Of a stretch of DNA of 25,560 nt, positions 14,945-24,631 are shown piece after piece; positions within the stretch are counted from its first letter, which is position 1; the number at the start of each line of letters is the position of its first letter. A program made the translations under genes and the position numbers. The notes beneath the pieces were generated by a model that had not been told where the DNA came from, made no database searches, and saw nothing but the letters and a program-made list of their open reading frames with translations. Origin of the DNA: a virus (lineage: Duplodnaviria; Caudoviricetes). The stretch is taken from the IMG/VR virus record IMGVR_UViG_3300028857_000027, positions 1-25,560 of that record. One strand, given 5' to 3'.

Positions 14945-16123
14945 TCAGGTCACCGTCAGGACGACGCTCGTAGGCGTGCATGATGCAGCTTGGTTAAAGG
15001 CCAATGGCACGTCTGGAGTTCCAGCACCGCTTGGACCGGAGAGCGTGAGAGCGGTCAGCTTGAAGGTGGAACTGTTCGGGACGCTGTTTGCGACGGTAAG
15101 CGCATCGGCCCATTCCACTGTCCCGCTGAGCCCCCCACCAATAGCCACCTGGTTTACGTAGTCAGAAACCGCCTGCTGTAACGAAACCCCGGTTGCGGTG
15201 ACATAGCCGCTCAGCGCTTTGATAGAAACCGCTGCAGTAACTGGTCGATAGATCGGCCGGAAAAACCTGATGGTTATCGGCATGCCGTAAACAGTGGGAA
15301 CCGTCGCAACGGTCGTTCCGTACGTGCCGCCGCCAGGCCCTTTCTTGGCAGCGATTGCAGACGCGATAGCCTCGACGTCCCCGCCCTCAACCACTATTGC
15401 CATGGTGTGCGCCGGGATGCCGTTGGCGTCGGTGCTGTTGGTGTCATTGTCATAGGTGACATAGCGCGTCACGCCTGGCACGTTGGCCACCGCGCCCGTG
15501 GTTCCTTCCAGAACAGTGCGCGACGGCAGAGCGGTTGATGTCTTCTGCCGGACACGCAACGCAGCGTCAGTTTCAACGGGCGCACCTGGACTCGCTGGCG
15601 ACGCGTTGCTCACTCTTTGCCAGCCTCTGGTCATCGTTGAAATCTTGTTGATCTGACCCACGCCCGCCGATACAGCGCCCGACACCGAACAGGTTGCAGT
15701 GACAATGACCTGGCCGGACGGTGGGATGGTGACAGTTGCCGGAAGTGCCCATTTGTTGTTATTTCCGTCAAGCGCTACCCCCTGAGTTATGACCGTGCCG
15801 GCCTGGCCGATAATCGTGAGGTCTGCCTGGGAGCTCGTCGAAACCGCGCGCCCAATGCCGTTGATTTTGACGTTGCTGGAAAGTCCGGCCCCCTGGCCAG
15901 TATTTGGAGAAAATGAGTTGTAGGCGGCAATCACTGAAGCGTTTGCATCACTGATGGCCAGGGCTATCACGCCGAGGAACTGCCCGTCCTGAGAGTCGCT
16001 TTCAAGGTAGGTATCTGCGCCGTAGATCGATCGGTAAGTGGTTTTCAGGTAGTCCAGCACCTGGGCATAGGTCGGCGCCGTAATGCCAGTCGCCGATATG
16101 GTTGGGGCGGTCGGTGAGGCCAT
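14945..16123 (-). CDS. Baseplate J/gp47-family protein
   Basis: DGQ, G..ETDAALR.R, IVVEGG motifs; size and synteny. Confidence 0.88.
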   Translation of the reverse strand: MASPTAPTISATGITAPTYAQVLDYLKTTYRSIYGADTYLESDSQDGQFLGVIALAISDANASVIAAYNSFSPNTGQGAGLSSNVKINGIGRAVSTSSQADLTIIGQAGTVITQGVALDGNNNKWALPATVTIPPSGQVIVTATCSVSGAVSAGVGQINKISTMTRGWQRVSNASPASPGAPVETDAALRVRQKTSTALPSRTVLEGTTGAVANVPGVTRYVTYDNDTNSTDANGIPAHTMAIVVEGGDVEAIASAIAAKKGPGGGTYGTTVATVPTVYGMPITIRFFRPIYRPVTAAVSIKALSGYVTATGVSLQQAVSDYVNQVAIGGGLSGTVEWADALTVANSVPNSSTFKLTALTLSGPSGAGTPDVPLAFNQAASCTPTSVVLTVT

Positions 16124-16476
16124 TAGACTGTCTCGCTGATGGTGGTCTGCCCGTAGAGGGTGGTGATGGTCACCGTTACGGTCAGCCTGCGGGTGTTGGG
16201 GTCAAAGGCACTGTCGTAGCTGTCGATCTGGGTAACACCGGTCGTGCCGAGAATGCGTTTTTTGATTGCCGCGTCACGGGTACCCACGGTCCGCTCACCC
16301 AGCACCTCCCTATCCCACGGCGTACCGTCGGCGGTGTCGATGAACCATTCACCCTTATCCAGCAGTAGGCGCGTGCGCACTGCCTGGGCCGCAGCCTCTG
16401 GCGAGTCGCGGTGAAAGTCGGCCTGTTGATTGCCGAAGGTGTAATCGCCGGCGGCGTCGAGCTTGCGGTATCTCAT
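16123..16476 (-). CDS. Baseplate wedge / sheath-initiator-like protein (gp46/gp25-like)
   Basis: QAVRTRL.L..GEWF.D...G.PW; synteny. Confidence 0.75.
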   Translation of the reverse strand: MRYRKLDAAGDYTFGNQQADFHRDSPEAAAQAVRTRLLLDKGEWFIDTADGTPWDREVLGERTVGTRDAAIKKRILGTTGVTQIDSYDSAFDPNTRRLTVTVTITTLYGQTTISETV

Positions 16477-17177
16477 GGCACAGGCGCTCCGCTGGTTCCG
16501 CTACCAGGTGTCACACCGCTGGTGAGATGGCTCTGCAGACTGATCGCGCCAGCGATGACGTCACCGGTCGTGTTCACCTTGCCATTGACCTGGACGTCAC
16601 CGTTGATGGTCACCAGCGGCGCGGTCAGCGTAATCCCCGTCTGCGCGGAAACGGTCGCCACGCCCGGGGTGCTGGCGTTGATTGCGTGAGTGGTCGGGTT
16701 AACCTCCACAAATGCCGCGCCGTCATCGCTGCGCAGCTGCGTTGCAGCCAGGCTGATGGCTGGAATCACTCGCGGCTGGGAGCGAAACCCCAACAGCACG
16801 AACCCGTCGGAAAGGTCGTGCATGCGAAGCTCGGCCTGGGTTTGGACACCACCGGACTGCCACCACGAATCAATGCATCGGGACGAGAACACCACCAGGC
16901 ACTCATCGCCCAGTTTTACGGGGAAGGTTAGCGTGCATCCGCCGCCGGCCGGGAACTGCACCGGGCAGTCCAGCAGCAACGGCAAGTCGGTGCTGGTAAG
17001 CTTCCCTGCTTCGTCACGTACAAATGCCTGAATCGCTGGCTGCACCGTGCAAGTCATCGCACCAGGATCGAAGCTATCTATAATCCCCGGCAAAGCAGTC
17101 CAGACTTTTGACTGAGCCGCCTGCAACGAACTGGACAGCACGGCTTCTGGATCATCTACTCTCTCAAGCAAGTTCAT
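16473..17177 (-). CDS. Baseplate central spike (gp45/GpV/Gp138-like)
   Basis: N-terminal OB-fold-like region (GDECLVVF, R.HDLSDG), beta-repeat C-terminus ending SLQSHLTSGV..G; start MNLLER at 17177. Confidence 0.85.
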   Translation of the reverse strand: MNLLERVDDPEAVLSSSLQAAQSKVWTALPGIIDSFDPGAMTCTVQPAIQAFVRDEAGKLTSTDLPLLLDCPVQFPAGGGCTLTFPVKLGDECLVVFSSRCIDSWWQSGGVQTQAELRMHDLSDGFVLLGFRSQPRVIPAISLAATQLRSDDGAAFVEVNPTTHAINASTPGVATVSAQTGITLTAPLVTINGDVQVNGKVNTTGDVIAGAISLQSHLTSGVTPGSGTSGAPVP

Positions 17178-17189
17178 GGAGACTCCAAA

Positions 17190-17621
17190 GTGAAAACAAT
17201 ACTTCTCGCTCTGATCGTGGTCGCGTCCCCGGCTGCGTTCGCAGAAACAGTTCTCGTCGAGCCAGGACCGGGGCACATGTTCGTCGGTGATGAATTCAGC
17301 GCCAGAAGTGCCGTTGAGGTTCTGTACCAGGACCGCCCGTGCAAACTTCCGGTTGTAAACGCGAAGGACATGCGCGAATACACAACAACAGCCATCGCCA
17401 TTCATGTGAGGGCGTGCTGGGGGCGGACGCTAGGTGGTGGGGTTTTGCGGGTCTTTGAAGACGGATCGATCAAGCCAGCACAGGAAAATGCCTATGTGGT
17501 GGCCAGCGTCGATAAGACCGGAAACGCGGTGGTTACGAAATCTATCTACGACAAGAACAGATATGAGCCGTGCACCAGGAAATACCAGAAAGGCCAGTGG
17601 TGCCTGAAAGGCCAGGACTAG
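17190..17621 (+). CDS. Antisense moron: secreted/periplasmic protein of unknown function
   Basis: GTG start with GGAG RBS; signal peptide MKTILLALIVVASPAAFA; four Cys; fills the gap between hub and spike genes exactly. Confidence 0.8.
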   Translation: MKTILLALIVVASPAAFAETVLVEPGPGHMFVGDEFSARSAVEVLYQDRPCKLPVVNAKDMREYTTTAIAIHVRACWGRTLGGGVLRVFEDGSIKPAQENAYVVASVDKTGNAVVTKSIYDKNRYEPCTRKYQKGQWCLKGQD

Positions 17622-18598
17622 CCAAATGGTCTGACCGATCCTGGCTCAGCTATTGCGCCAGGTATACCAACGCCGCCGTCAATCATCCCGCGATTGGTCA
17701 GAGTCGCATCGACAGATATACATATCGTGTCGGTGTACCACTCGTTTCCACGAGTGTCGCCGTAATGATTAGCCACCAAAACCTTGTACATTCCATCCGC
17801 ATTGGTGGCGATTTGAACCAGTGCAAGGCTGGTGTTCGCTTCCGTGAGCGGTGCAGGGTTTAGCCTCAGTCGCTGGATACTCGCATTATCAATTTTGAGC
17901 CGCCTGCCAATCCTAATTCCTGGGTTTAGGAGCGTCTTTACGTTGATACCATTCTGCGATTGTTCCGGCAGTCCGATCATGCCCGTCGCAGAGGTGACCA
18001 CTACAGGCTCACCAGGCAGATAGGCGGTATTAGGTATTAATGTCAGCTTTCCATCTTGAATGCTCCAGCTGACGTCCTGTGTCTTGCCAGTGACGTCGAG
18101 AAAGTCTCGCGTCATGCCGAACATCACCTTCCCGCGCGGGAGCCTGTTCAACGATAAGGGCGCCACATCCCCTTGTGTGATTCCGCGAGACGCCATTGCA
18201 CCTAGGGCAGCCTGGGTGTGGTCCTCGGCAGTAGATCCCGCTGCGAGAGAGGCACTTATAACAGACCAGTTGTAAGCGCTATCGCCATCAGCAGCAGTTA
18301 TATCAATGTAGGTGTCAGTTTGGCTTTCCCGTCCGCGCCGCACCTGTTTTATGGTGCCGTCGAAGATGATTCCGTAATTGCCGGCATAACCCGCCCGAAG
18401 GACAACCCGGATAAATTCTTTCTGTATCCTCTGAACAGTGTTTTCGCTGAGGTTGTAGACCCGAATATCAGCAGTGTTCGGCGTCCTGGTATCGCCACGC
18501 CGCACCGCAAAGCGGATACGCATATCAGACAGGTCAAGTGCAGCATCCGCGTCACCGACCTTGAGGCTGATCTGGCGAAGGTATTGGGGTACGCTCAT
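17618..18598 (-). CDS. Baseplate hub protein
   Basis: PNTADIRVYNL, L.AGY, IFDG.I, WSIQDG, TGMIG.PE, RG.EWY; synteny. Confidence 0.8.
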   Translation of the reverse strand: MSVPQYLRQISLKVGDADAALDLSDMRIRFAVRRGDTRTPNTADIRVYNLSENTVQRIQKEFIRVVLRAGYAGNYGIIFDGTIKQVRRGRESQTDTYIDITAADGDSAYNWSVISASLAAGSTAEDHTQAALGAMASRGITQGDVAPLSLNRLPRGKVMFGMTRDFLDVTGKTQDVSWSIQDGKLTLIPNTAYLPGEPVVVTSATGMIGLPEQSQNGINVKTLLNPGIRIGRRLKIDNASIQRLRLNPAPLTEANTSLALVQIATNADGMYKVLVANHYGDTRGNEWYTDTICISVDATLTNRGMIDGGVGIPGAIAEPGSVRPFG

Positions 18599-18621
18599 AC
18601 TTTTACCTATGGGATGAAACC

Positions 18622-19122
18622 ATGGACAGGACTCCGTTACTTATCGCTGGAGCAGTCATTCTGGCAGTTGTTTGCATCACGACACTTATCCAGAAGCTTC
18701 TCGGAAAGCGCCAACAAAGTATTAATAGTCAAGAACCTCAAATATCAAGTCGGCAATCGGATAGCCCTGATCACCCCGACCCAACCAAGCCGGAAAACTG
18801 GTGGATCGATCTACCAAGACCGAATATGCCTAGAAAGCGCGACGTCACTCCCGAGGAGTACGAGCTAGCCCTTCAGCGCGCAAAAGATCAGCGTCGAGCA
18901 AACGGTATATGGACATTTGAAAGATCAAAAGCCCAGGGATTAACTGTGGGAGCGAGGCGTTACCGCTGGAGGACTTCGGGCGATAGCGACGTATGCGATT
19001 ACTGCAAATCAAAAGCCGATCGCACTTTTTCCTGGGAGCATGACCATGATCATCCTGGCGCGCATCAATGCTCGGAGATAGATTCCTGCCGCTGTTACGC
19101 GGAACCAATAATCAAAGGTTAA
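18622..19122 (+). CDS. Antisense moron: membrane-anchored protein with a MuF/SPP1-gp7-like C-terminal Cys/His motif
   Basis: N-terminal TM helix; YRWRTSGD..VC..C...F.W....HPG...CRCYAEPII. Confidence 0.72.
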   Translation: MDRTPLLIAGAVILAVVCITTLIQKLLGKRQQSINSQEPQISSRQSDSPDHPDPTKPENWWIDLPRPNMPRKRDVTPEEYELALQRAKDQRRANGIWTFERSKAQGLTVGARRYRWRTSGDSDVCDYCKSKADRTFSWEHDHDHPGAHQCSEIDSCRCYAEPIIKG

Positions 19123-19430
19123 GGCGTAAACCAATACAGATGAGACCCGGCACCCAGGTTATCGAAAGTCGGTACCGCATCTGGATCGGCGGTGGTCTGG
19201 CACCAGAGCACGCCGCCCAACCCCAGGTAAGCGTACTGCTCCAGTAGGTTCGTGCCGGTCACCAAGGGGATGCCCTGGATGATCGGGTTGTTGCTGGTGT
19301 CGGCAATATCCAGCACCCACCCGGCCTGCTCAGCGTTACGCCACTGCACCGTCAGCCGATAATCGACGCCCGACAGAGAGACGGTGAACGTCCGCGGTGC
19401 CGGTGTCAGCGGTATCTCAAAGTTTGGCAT
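19119..19430 (-). CDS. Small baseplate (plug-like) protein
   Basis: EIPL, W..DI, GIPLV.G.NLL.QY.YLG; synteny; start at 19430. Confidence 0.75.
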   Translation of the reverse strand: MPNFEIPLTPAPRTFTVSLSGVDYRLTVQWRNAEQAGWVLDIADTSNNPIIQGIPLVTGTNLLEQYAYLGLGGVLWCQTTADPDAVPTFDNLGAGSHLYWFTP

Positions 19431-19434
19431 GTGG

Positions 19435-20025
19435 TCATCCGTTCGGAGGTTGCCAGCCGCCAGGTGCTGGATAGGCCGTGGCCGTCTGCTTAACACCCGC
19501 GTCGGAAGTCTCGGCAGTTGCAGCGGGTTGCGCCTGGTCTTCTCGCGGCGGCAGCGTGGTGAGGTGGGTGTTGACGATAATTACCTGCTTGAAAACAGCG
19601 GTCACCATGAGGGTGTATTCGCTCTTTTCGTCGGTGGTCTGCGTCAGGCTCTTCATCAGCATGTTGGTATAGAGACGCTTGCCGGTGGAAACGTCGAAGG
19701 GAATCCGTGACTCCTGAAGCGCCAGCAACTGGCTGTAAACCCCCGAGACGTAATCACTGCCGAACGCATCTCCGCCACTCAGTGCGCTGATAAGCCCCTT
19801 CACGGCACCGATAACACCAGCCAGGCTGGCATTGCTCCAGCCGCACCGAATCACCAACTCTGCGGGCTTCTTGAAGGCATGGTCAGTGATGTCGGCGCTG
19901 CTCTCTACCGGGTGATCCGTCGTTTGTAGCTCGTCCGTGCCCACCTCTTCCATGGTCACATGGGCCACGATGCTATCAATAGACCGCTTTGGGTCGATGG
20001 TGATCAGTCCTGCAAAGTTTGGCAT
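19435..20025 (-). CDS. Tail tube initiator / Dit-like baseplate protein
   Basis: TDHPVE....ITDHA...P, TGKRLY.NML; directly after the tape measure gene. Confidence 0.75.
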   Translation of the reverse strand: MPNFAGLITIDPKRSIDSIVAHVTMEEVGTDELQTTDHPVESSADITDHAFKKPAELVIRCGWSNASLAGVIGAVKGLISALSGGDAFGSDYVSGVYSQLLALQESRIPFDVSTGKRLYTNMLMKSLTQTTDEKSEYTLMVTAVFKQVIIVNTHLTTLPPREDQAQPAATAETSDAGVKQTATAYPAPGGWQPPNG

Positions 20026-20026
20026 A

Positions 20027-22003
20027 TCAGTTCACCGCCGAGCCCATGTTGCGGGCCATCTGCTCACCGACGCGGCCTTGGGCACTGGATACGGCGTTGG
20101 CCGTTGCCAGGGGGTCAGACGTCCCACTCACATGGATATCGGTTTTCTGGTTGATGGCAATCTGAGCCGGCGCTACCTGACCAGGCGCGACAGCTTTCGA
20201 CGTGTTGTAGTTGCTCACCGCGATGTCCGTTGATGCGGCGTTTTCGCTAGCCCGTATCATCTGCTCCGCTGTTCGCCCAGCATTGGCCTGGGCCCTTGCC
20301 AGCGCCTCAGCAACATCCGGTGAAAGCTCTGGCTGGGGGAGCCGTTCAGGCACAACCGCTACCTCTCCAGCCGATTCATTTTGGGTTCGAGCCAGTCTTT
20401 CGGCTGCGTCGCCGCGAATCTTGGCAGCTGCAACCTTCTCTTTGGGCCGCTCGTAATGATCGGATACAACGGCACCTGCCTTCTTTGCAGTGGATGCCGC
20501 CTTAAGCAGTTTACCGGCCTTAAACTCTTTCCCTTCTGTAAGTTCGTAATGGACGAATTCAAGTTGCTTAATCAGATCTGCGCGCGCATCTCTAATATTG
20601 AAACCTGCCCACTTCTCAAAGTCCCTCTGCCGATCAGGGTGCCATTGGGCAAGCCCATAAGCGGCTCCCCCATCACCGATTGCCTTGGGGTCATAAGAGC
20701 TTTCAGCGCCGAGGTTTGCAGATATGCCGGCAGCCTGTTCCTTGGTCCAACCCTGAGCTTCGAAAAAGTCCTGAACGAAGCTTGCCTTGTCACGCCCTCC
20801 CGGAAGTGCTCGGCCTGATTGTTCGCCCGCCTGGATGGAGTCAGCGCGCCCCTGGACTTCTTGCTCCGTTGGTTCATCGCCAAACAGCTTTCGCCACCAT
20901 TGGTTGTCGAGCTGCTTTCGAGCCAGCACAACAGCGGCTTCGCGATCTCCGTCAATGGCCTTTTGCTCTAATTCCTGTGCAGCCTTCGAGCTTTCAGAAG
21001 TGTCGCCTTTGAGTAAAAGGCTTGCAGCTACTACCGCCCCCATACCACTGGCAAGCGTGAAGAATGCACCGGCTAGCCGCGAAATCCCCGCAACTACAGA
21101 GAGCGCACCTATCGCATTCAGAGCCCACAGCAAAGCGATAATCTTGGTGCTCCAACCATCCGTGGCCACATCCAGATCTACAAAAAACTGCCAGATTTTT
21201 TGCAAATATGGGGCTGCCTGCTCAACCAAACCAACTAATTTCACGGCAATATCAGCCACGCGTTCAGCGATCATCGGCCCATTCTGAGCAAACCATGCAG
21301 CGAAACGCTGCAGGTCTGGCCCAAGCTTGCGCATCAGCGCCGACTGCACCTGCACCGAAAAGACCTCAAACTGAAGCCCCACGTCACGCAGGGTTTCCAT
21401 GAATGCATGGGCGTCCTTCGTGGCCTGGTCAAGCCCGCTATTACTGAGTTTTCTCCGGTTTTGCTCCAGCTTTGCGCCAAACTTGTCGTCCCGAATGACG
21501 CGCAGGGTGTTCTCGTTGATACCCAGCACGCCGGCGTACTGATTGGCCTGGTACCAGGGCATCGCCTTCAACTTCTGGCCAACATTGACCAGCAAATCGG
21601 TAGTGTCGAGCAGGTTGTTATTGGCGTCGCGCGTCTGTACGCCGATGCCCTTCAAGAAATCTTCGCCACCCGGTGTGTCTCGCAGGAACTTGGCCATGCC
21701 CTCGATAGAGCCACGAGCTTCCTCTGCCGATGAACCCAGGTCGCGGGCTGCATATTCAGCAGATTTCAGGCTCTCAGCGGAAGAGCCGACACGCTGCGAG
21801 GCGTAATAAAGCCCCTCAAGGTTTGAAGCGAATGCCGACACACCAGCTGCAACCGTGAGCGATGCCCCGGCGATGGTGGCAACCAGCCGAACAACGCTCT
21901 TTGTCGCCACATCGATGCCGGCGGAAAAATCCTTTGCGCCCTTCTCGTCGACCTTGAACCCCAGGCCTACCAAAAACTCCTTGATGACGTCTTGGTCAGC
22001 CAT
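20027..22003 (-). CDS. Tape measure protein with a C-terminal lysozyme-like domain
   Basis: IKEFLV.LGF start, Ala-rich helical body, hydrophobic segments, QAAGI.ANL.AES...GLAQW..R motif. Confidence 0.87.
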   Translation of the reverse strand: MADQDVIKEFLVGLGFKVDEKGAKDFSAGIDVATKSVVRLVATIAGASLTVAAGVSAFASNLEGLYYASQRVGSSAESLKSAEYAARDLGSSAEEARGSIEGMAKFLRDTPGGEDFLKGIGVQTRDANNNLLDTTDLLVNVGQKLKAMPWYQANQYAGVLGINENTLRVIRDDKFGAKLEQNRRKLSNSGLDQATKDAHAFMETLRDVGLQFEVFSVQVQSALMRKLGPDLQRFAAWFAQNGPMIAERVADIAVKLVGLVEQAAPYLQKIWQFFVDLDVATDGWSTKIIALLWALNAIGALSVVAGISRLAGAFFTLASGMGAVVAASLLLKGDTSESSKAAQELEQKAIDGDREAAVVLARKQLDNQWWRKLFGDEPTEQEVQGRADSIQAGEQSGRALPGGRDKASFVQDFFEAQGWTKEQAAGISANLGAESSYDPKAIGDGGAAYGLAQWHPDRQRDFEKWAGFNIRDARADLIKQLEFVHYELTEGKEFKAGKLLKAASTAKKAGAVVSDHYERPKEKVAAAKIRGDAAERLARTQNESAGEVAVVPERLPQPELSPDVAEALARAQANAGRTAEQMIRASENAASTDIAVSNYNTSKAVAPGQVAPAQIAINQKTDIHVSGTSDPLATANAVSSAQGRVGEQMARNMGSAVN

Positions 22004-22172
22004 TTGAGTCCTCCAGGGCTATGCGCATCCGCTCCTTGTTTTCGGCGCGAACCATCAGTGAATCATTCATTTTTGCGATGTCGGAAAGGTCGAGAGTGCA
22101 ATCCAGCAGTGATTCATACCGGCACATGCCTTCGTGCACCGGTATCAGTAGCCAGTCCTCGCCATCCGGCAT
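21996..22172 (-). CDS. Tail assembly chaperone C-terminal extension (gpT-like; -1 frame), 58 aa from its own ATG
   Basis: MPDGEDWLLIPVHEGMCRYESLLDCTLDLSDIAKMND...; frame is open back to the slippery site at 22232-22238. Confidence 0.75.
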   Translation of the reverse strand: MPDGEDWLLIPVHEGMCRYESLLDCTLDLSDIAKMNDSLMVRAENKERMRIALEDSNG

Positions 22173-22189
22173 CGACGCCAGTTCGACCG

Positions 22190-22675
22190 TTACGCCTTGG
22201 GAGTGCCCTGGCCGGAAAGCATCCCGGCTATAAAAGGGCCGAGCGACTCCTTGATGACGCGGATGGACAGCTTGATCAGCACACCAAGATCCAAGTCATC
22301 GAACATGCAGGTGTTCTGCTGTGCGTTCCACACAGGGAACCAGGCGGTTCCTTGCCTGCGCTGAACAACACTCAGGCACGTCGAGAGAATGAACTCGGCC
22401 GACTCATCAGGCATGTTTGCGATGCCGTCAGCGAACGACGTCATGGCCTCGGCAAGTGACCCAAGGTCGCCACTGAGAGGGCTGGCGGCCGCGTCCTTGC
22501 TACCAACTGATGCCGCCAGTTGCGCCCTGACATCAACGCCCGAAGCGTTCAGTTTCAGAAAAATAGGAATCAGCGTCGGGATGATCGGTGCCACCTTGCG
22601 CGACAAATGAAACTGCTGAAAGGCATTCAGCTTGCCGATACGGTAGGTATCAGTGCCCTGCTCAAACTCGCTCAT
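22190..22675 (-). CDS. Tail assembly chaperone (gpG-like)
   Basis: Located between tube and tape measure; YRIGKL.AF.QFH.SRK; in-frame slippery heptamer near the 3' end. Confidence 0.8.
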   Translation of the reverse strand: MSEFEQGTDTYRIGKLNAFQQFHLSRKVAPIIPTLIPIFLKLNASGVDVRAQLAASVGSKDAAASPLSGDLGSLAEAMTSFADGIANMPDESAEFILSTCLSVVQRRQGTAWFPVWNAQQNTCMFDDLDLGVLIKLSIRVIKESLGPFIAGMLSGQGTPKA

Positions 22676-23115
22676 CAGTAGGTCCCCAGGATTGCGTCAA
22701 TTTTGATGGAGTCAAAGACCCATTCAACAATGTCGCCGTCCTTTTTATAGTTCAGGTCAGGGCGTTTCTTGAATGCACAACTGCGGCACCCGATGGCATC
22801 GCCGCTGGCACTATTGGTGATGGTGATGACGTTCATCCCCCATAGCGACGAGCTCAGGCTCTGCGCGTCGTAGAGCGCCATCAGCTTGGCGTTTTGCGGT
22901 GAGGTTTTGAGCAGTCGAACCGTGACCGTGCCGGACTTGCCAGCATGCAGCGAGTGCATGCCTTCGCCATCTGCACCGATGGTCATGGTGTTCTTGTCGT
23001 CAGCCATTGAGGTCGAAATACCCTCTTCGGCGTTGGCCGAGCCGGCGCCCAGGTCAATCACAGCACCGGCGCCCACCAGGGTCGCGTTTACATCGAGAAA
23101 GCTATAAGTAGCCAT
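22675..23115 (-). CDS. Tail tube protein (DUF3277-like)
   Basis: 146 aa, YSF.DV, M.IGADG, L.KTSP.N; immediately after the sheath gene. Confidence 0.8.
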   Translation of the reverse strand: MATYSFLDVNATLVGAGAVIDLGAGSANAEEGISTSMADDKNTMTIGADGEGMHSLHAGKSGTVTVRLLKTSPQNAKLMALYDAQSLSSSLWGMNVITITNSASGDAIGCRSCAFKKRPDLNYKKDGDIVEWVFDSIKIDAILGTY

Positions 23116-23131
23116 AGGTGATCAGCTCCGA

Positions 23132-24613
23132 TCAGCGGTTGACGTTGACGATGACGTCGACGAAGTGGACGGCGCCGGCCAGCTTGATGGCGACCTGAAT
23201 AACCGGTGCCTTGCGCGCTTCGCGGTCGGCCTGGGACTGGCTTGCTACAGGAGGCGCATAAACGTAGTAGCCCTTGGTCAGGAACTGGCCTGAGGTAATC
23301 GCGCCGAATGCCGGCCCGGTCCACTGCCCTGGTGCCACCAAGCCATTGGCAACCGCCTGATCCAGGCGAGACTCCAGCGTTGTAACGATCTGGTTGATGC
23401 CGGGGTTTGTCTGAGGAACCTTGGTGGTGCTGGTGTAGAGCAGGTTGAATACTGCGGTCTGCAAGTCGTTCTGCAACCAATCCAGGCCGTGCACTTCATC
23501 GAAGAAGTACCCGTTGCACATCACACCTTCCTGGATGATGGCTGTGTCGTTGTTGTAATTGACGAACACGTTGCAGTTTTTTGCTTTGAGCGTGGCTGCC
23601 TGCCCAGCAGTGAGGCTTTCGGCAGTAATGCCGGGTTCCTGCTTGAATTTCAGGGTGATCGTCGTGTTATTACCCTGGAAATTGACCGTGAACGCCCGCC
23701 CGAACATCGACGCAGCGGCGTACGGGGTTGCACTGGAGAACTGATCGAACGTGCGCTTGTAGTTCGCCGCCTTAAGCTTGCTGACGATATCGGTGGTACT
23801 GGTCGGGTCAAGAGCAAGTGAATTCTGGGTGGTGTAGCCAAAAATCCGACTTTGGCCGGAACCTTCGATAAACGCAGAGACCGCCAGAACATCAGCTTCG
23901 CTCAGGGCTGGATCGGCGACCAGCAGGCCATACCAGTCGTTGGAAATACCTGCCAGAGCGGCCACGGCATCTACCAGAGACTCCGCGACCGCGCCGCTGA
24001 CCGGAACAGAGGCTTGCCCAGTGACAAGCCCCAGCAGGGCAGAAACGTCGACGCCACTGGATGGCGCCTCGGCGTAGCTGATAGTCGAAGTCGCCCCGGT
24101 GGTCGAGCTGGTGACCTCGAAACGGCTCAAGGTGGCATCCCAGACGCAAACACCAGCGGACGCCAGCTTGGCAGTGATGGCGGAGGCCACCCCATTCAGA
24201 TTGGTGACGCCAGAAAGATCTATCGCGGTCAGCGTTTTCAGCGTGCCGTCGATGGTGATCTTCATGCCGCCGGCGGTCACCGCAGTGAAATTGGCGATGT
24301 CCTGCTGCGTGGCAGACAGCACCGCGCCCTTCAGTAGTGCCGAAGTTGCGGTTTTTGCCCACCGGCCGGCAAACATGATGGCTGGCTGTGGCGACTGGCT
24401 AAAAAACAGGTTCGCTGCGGCGTACTCAGGTGCCGATGTGCCGAAGTCGCTGACCACGCCATCGAGACTGGAGTACTGACGAATACGCTCTGTGACGTCG
24501 ATCACTGGCGAGGAACCGAGGACCAGCAGAGCGCCAAAATCGCGCGTAGCAGCTGCCTTCGGAGACATGACGATCTGGACGTTCACGACGTCCGAAACGG
24601 CGAGAGTCTGCAT
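23132..24613 (-). CDS. Contractile tail sheath protein (DUF3383-like)
   Basis: 493 aa; FG...PEY.AA..FF.Q.P.P, TLKFKQ, FFDE.HG.DW, KVPQT..G, LAGAVH. Confidence 0.88.
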   Translation of the reverse strand: MQTLAVSDVVNVQIVMSPKAAATRDFGALLVLGSSPVIDVTERIRQYSSLDGVVSDFGTSAPEYAAANLFFSQSPQPAIMFAGRWAKTATSALLKGAVLSATQQDIANFTAVTAGGMKITIDGTLKTLTAIDLSGVTNLNGVASAITAKLASAGVCVWDATLSRFEVTSSTTGATSTISYAEAPSSGVDVSALLGLVTGQASVPVSGAVAESLVDAVAALAGISNDWYGLLVADPALSEADVLAVSAFIEGSGQSRIFGYTTQNSLALDPTSTTDIVSKLKAANYKRTFDQFSSATPYAAASMFGRAFTVNFQGNNTTITLKFKQEPGITAESLTAGQAATLKAKNCNVFVNYNNDTAIIQEGVMCNGYFFDEVHGLDWLQNDLQTAVFNLLYTSTTKVPQTNPGINQIVTTLESRLDQAVANGLVAPGQWTGPAFGAITSGQFLTKGYYVYAPPVASQSQADREARKAPVIQVAIKLAGAVHFVDVIVNVNR

Positions 24614-24631
24614 TGCTTTCTCCGGGGTAGA

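Noticed and set aside
19430-20025. Two adjacent tail genes both starting MPNF
   Set aside because: Similarity is limited to about 12 nt; probably coincidence.
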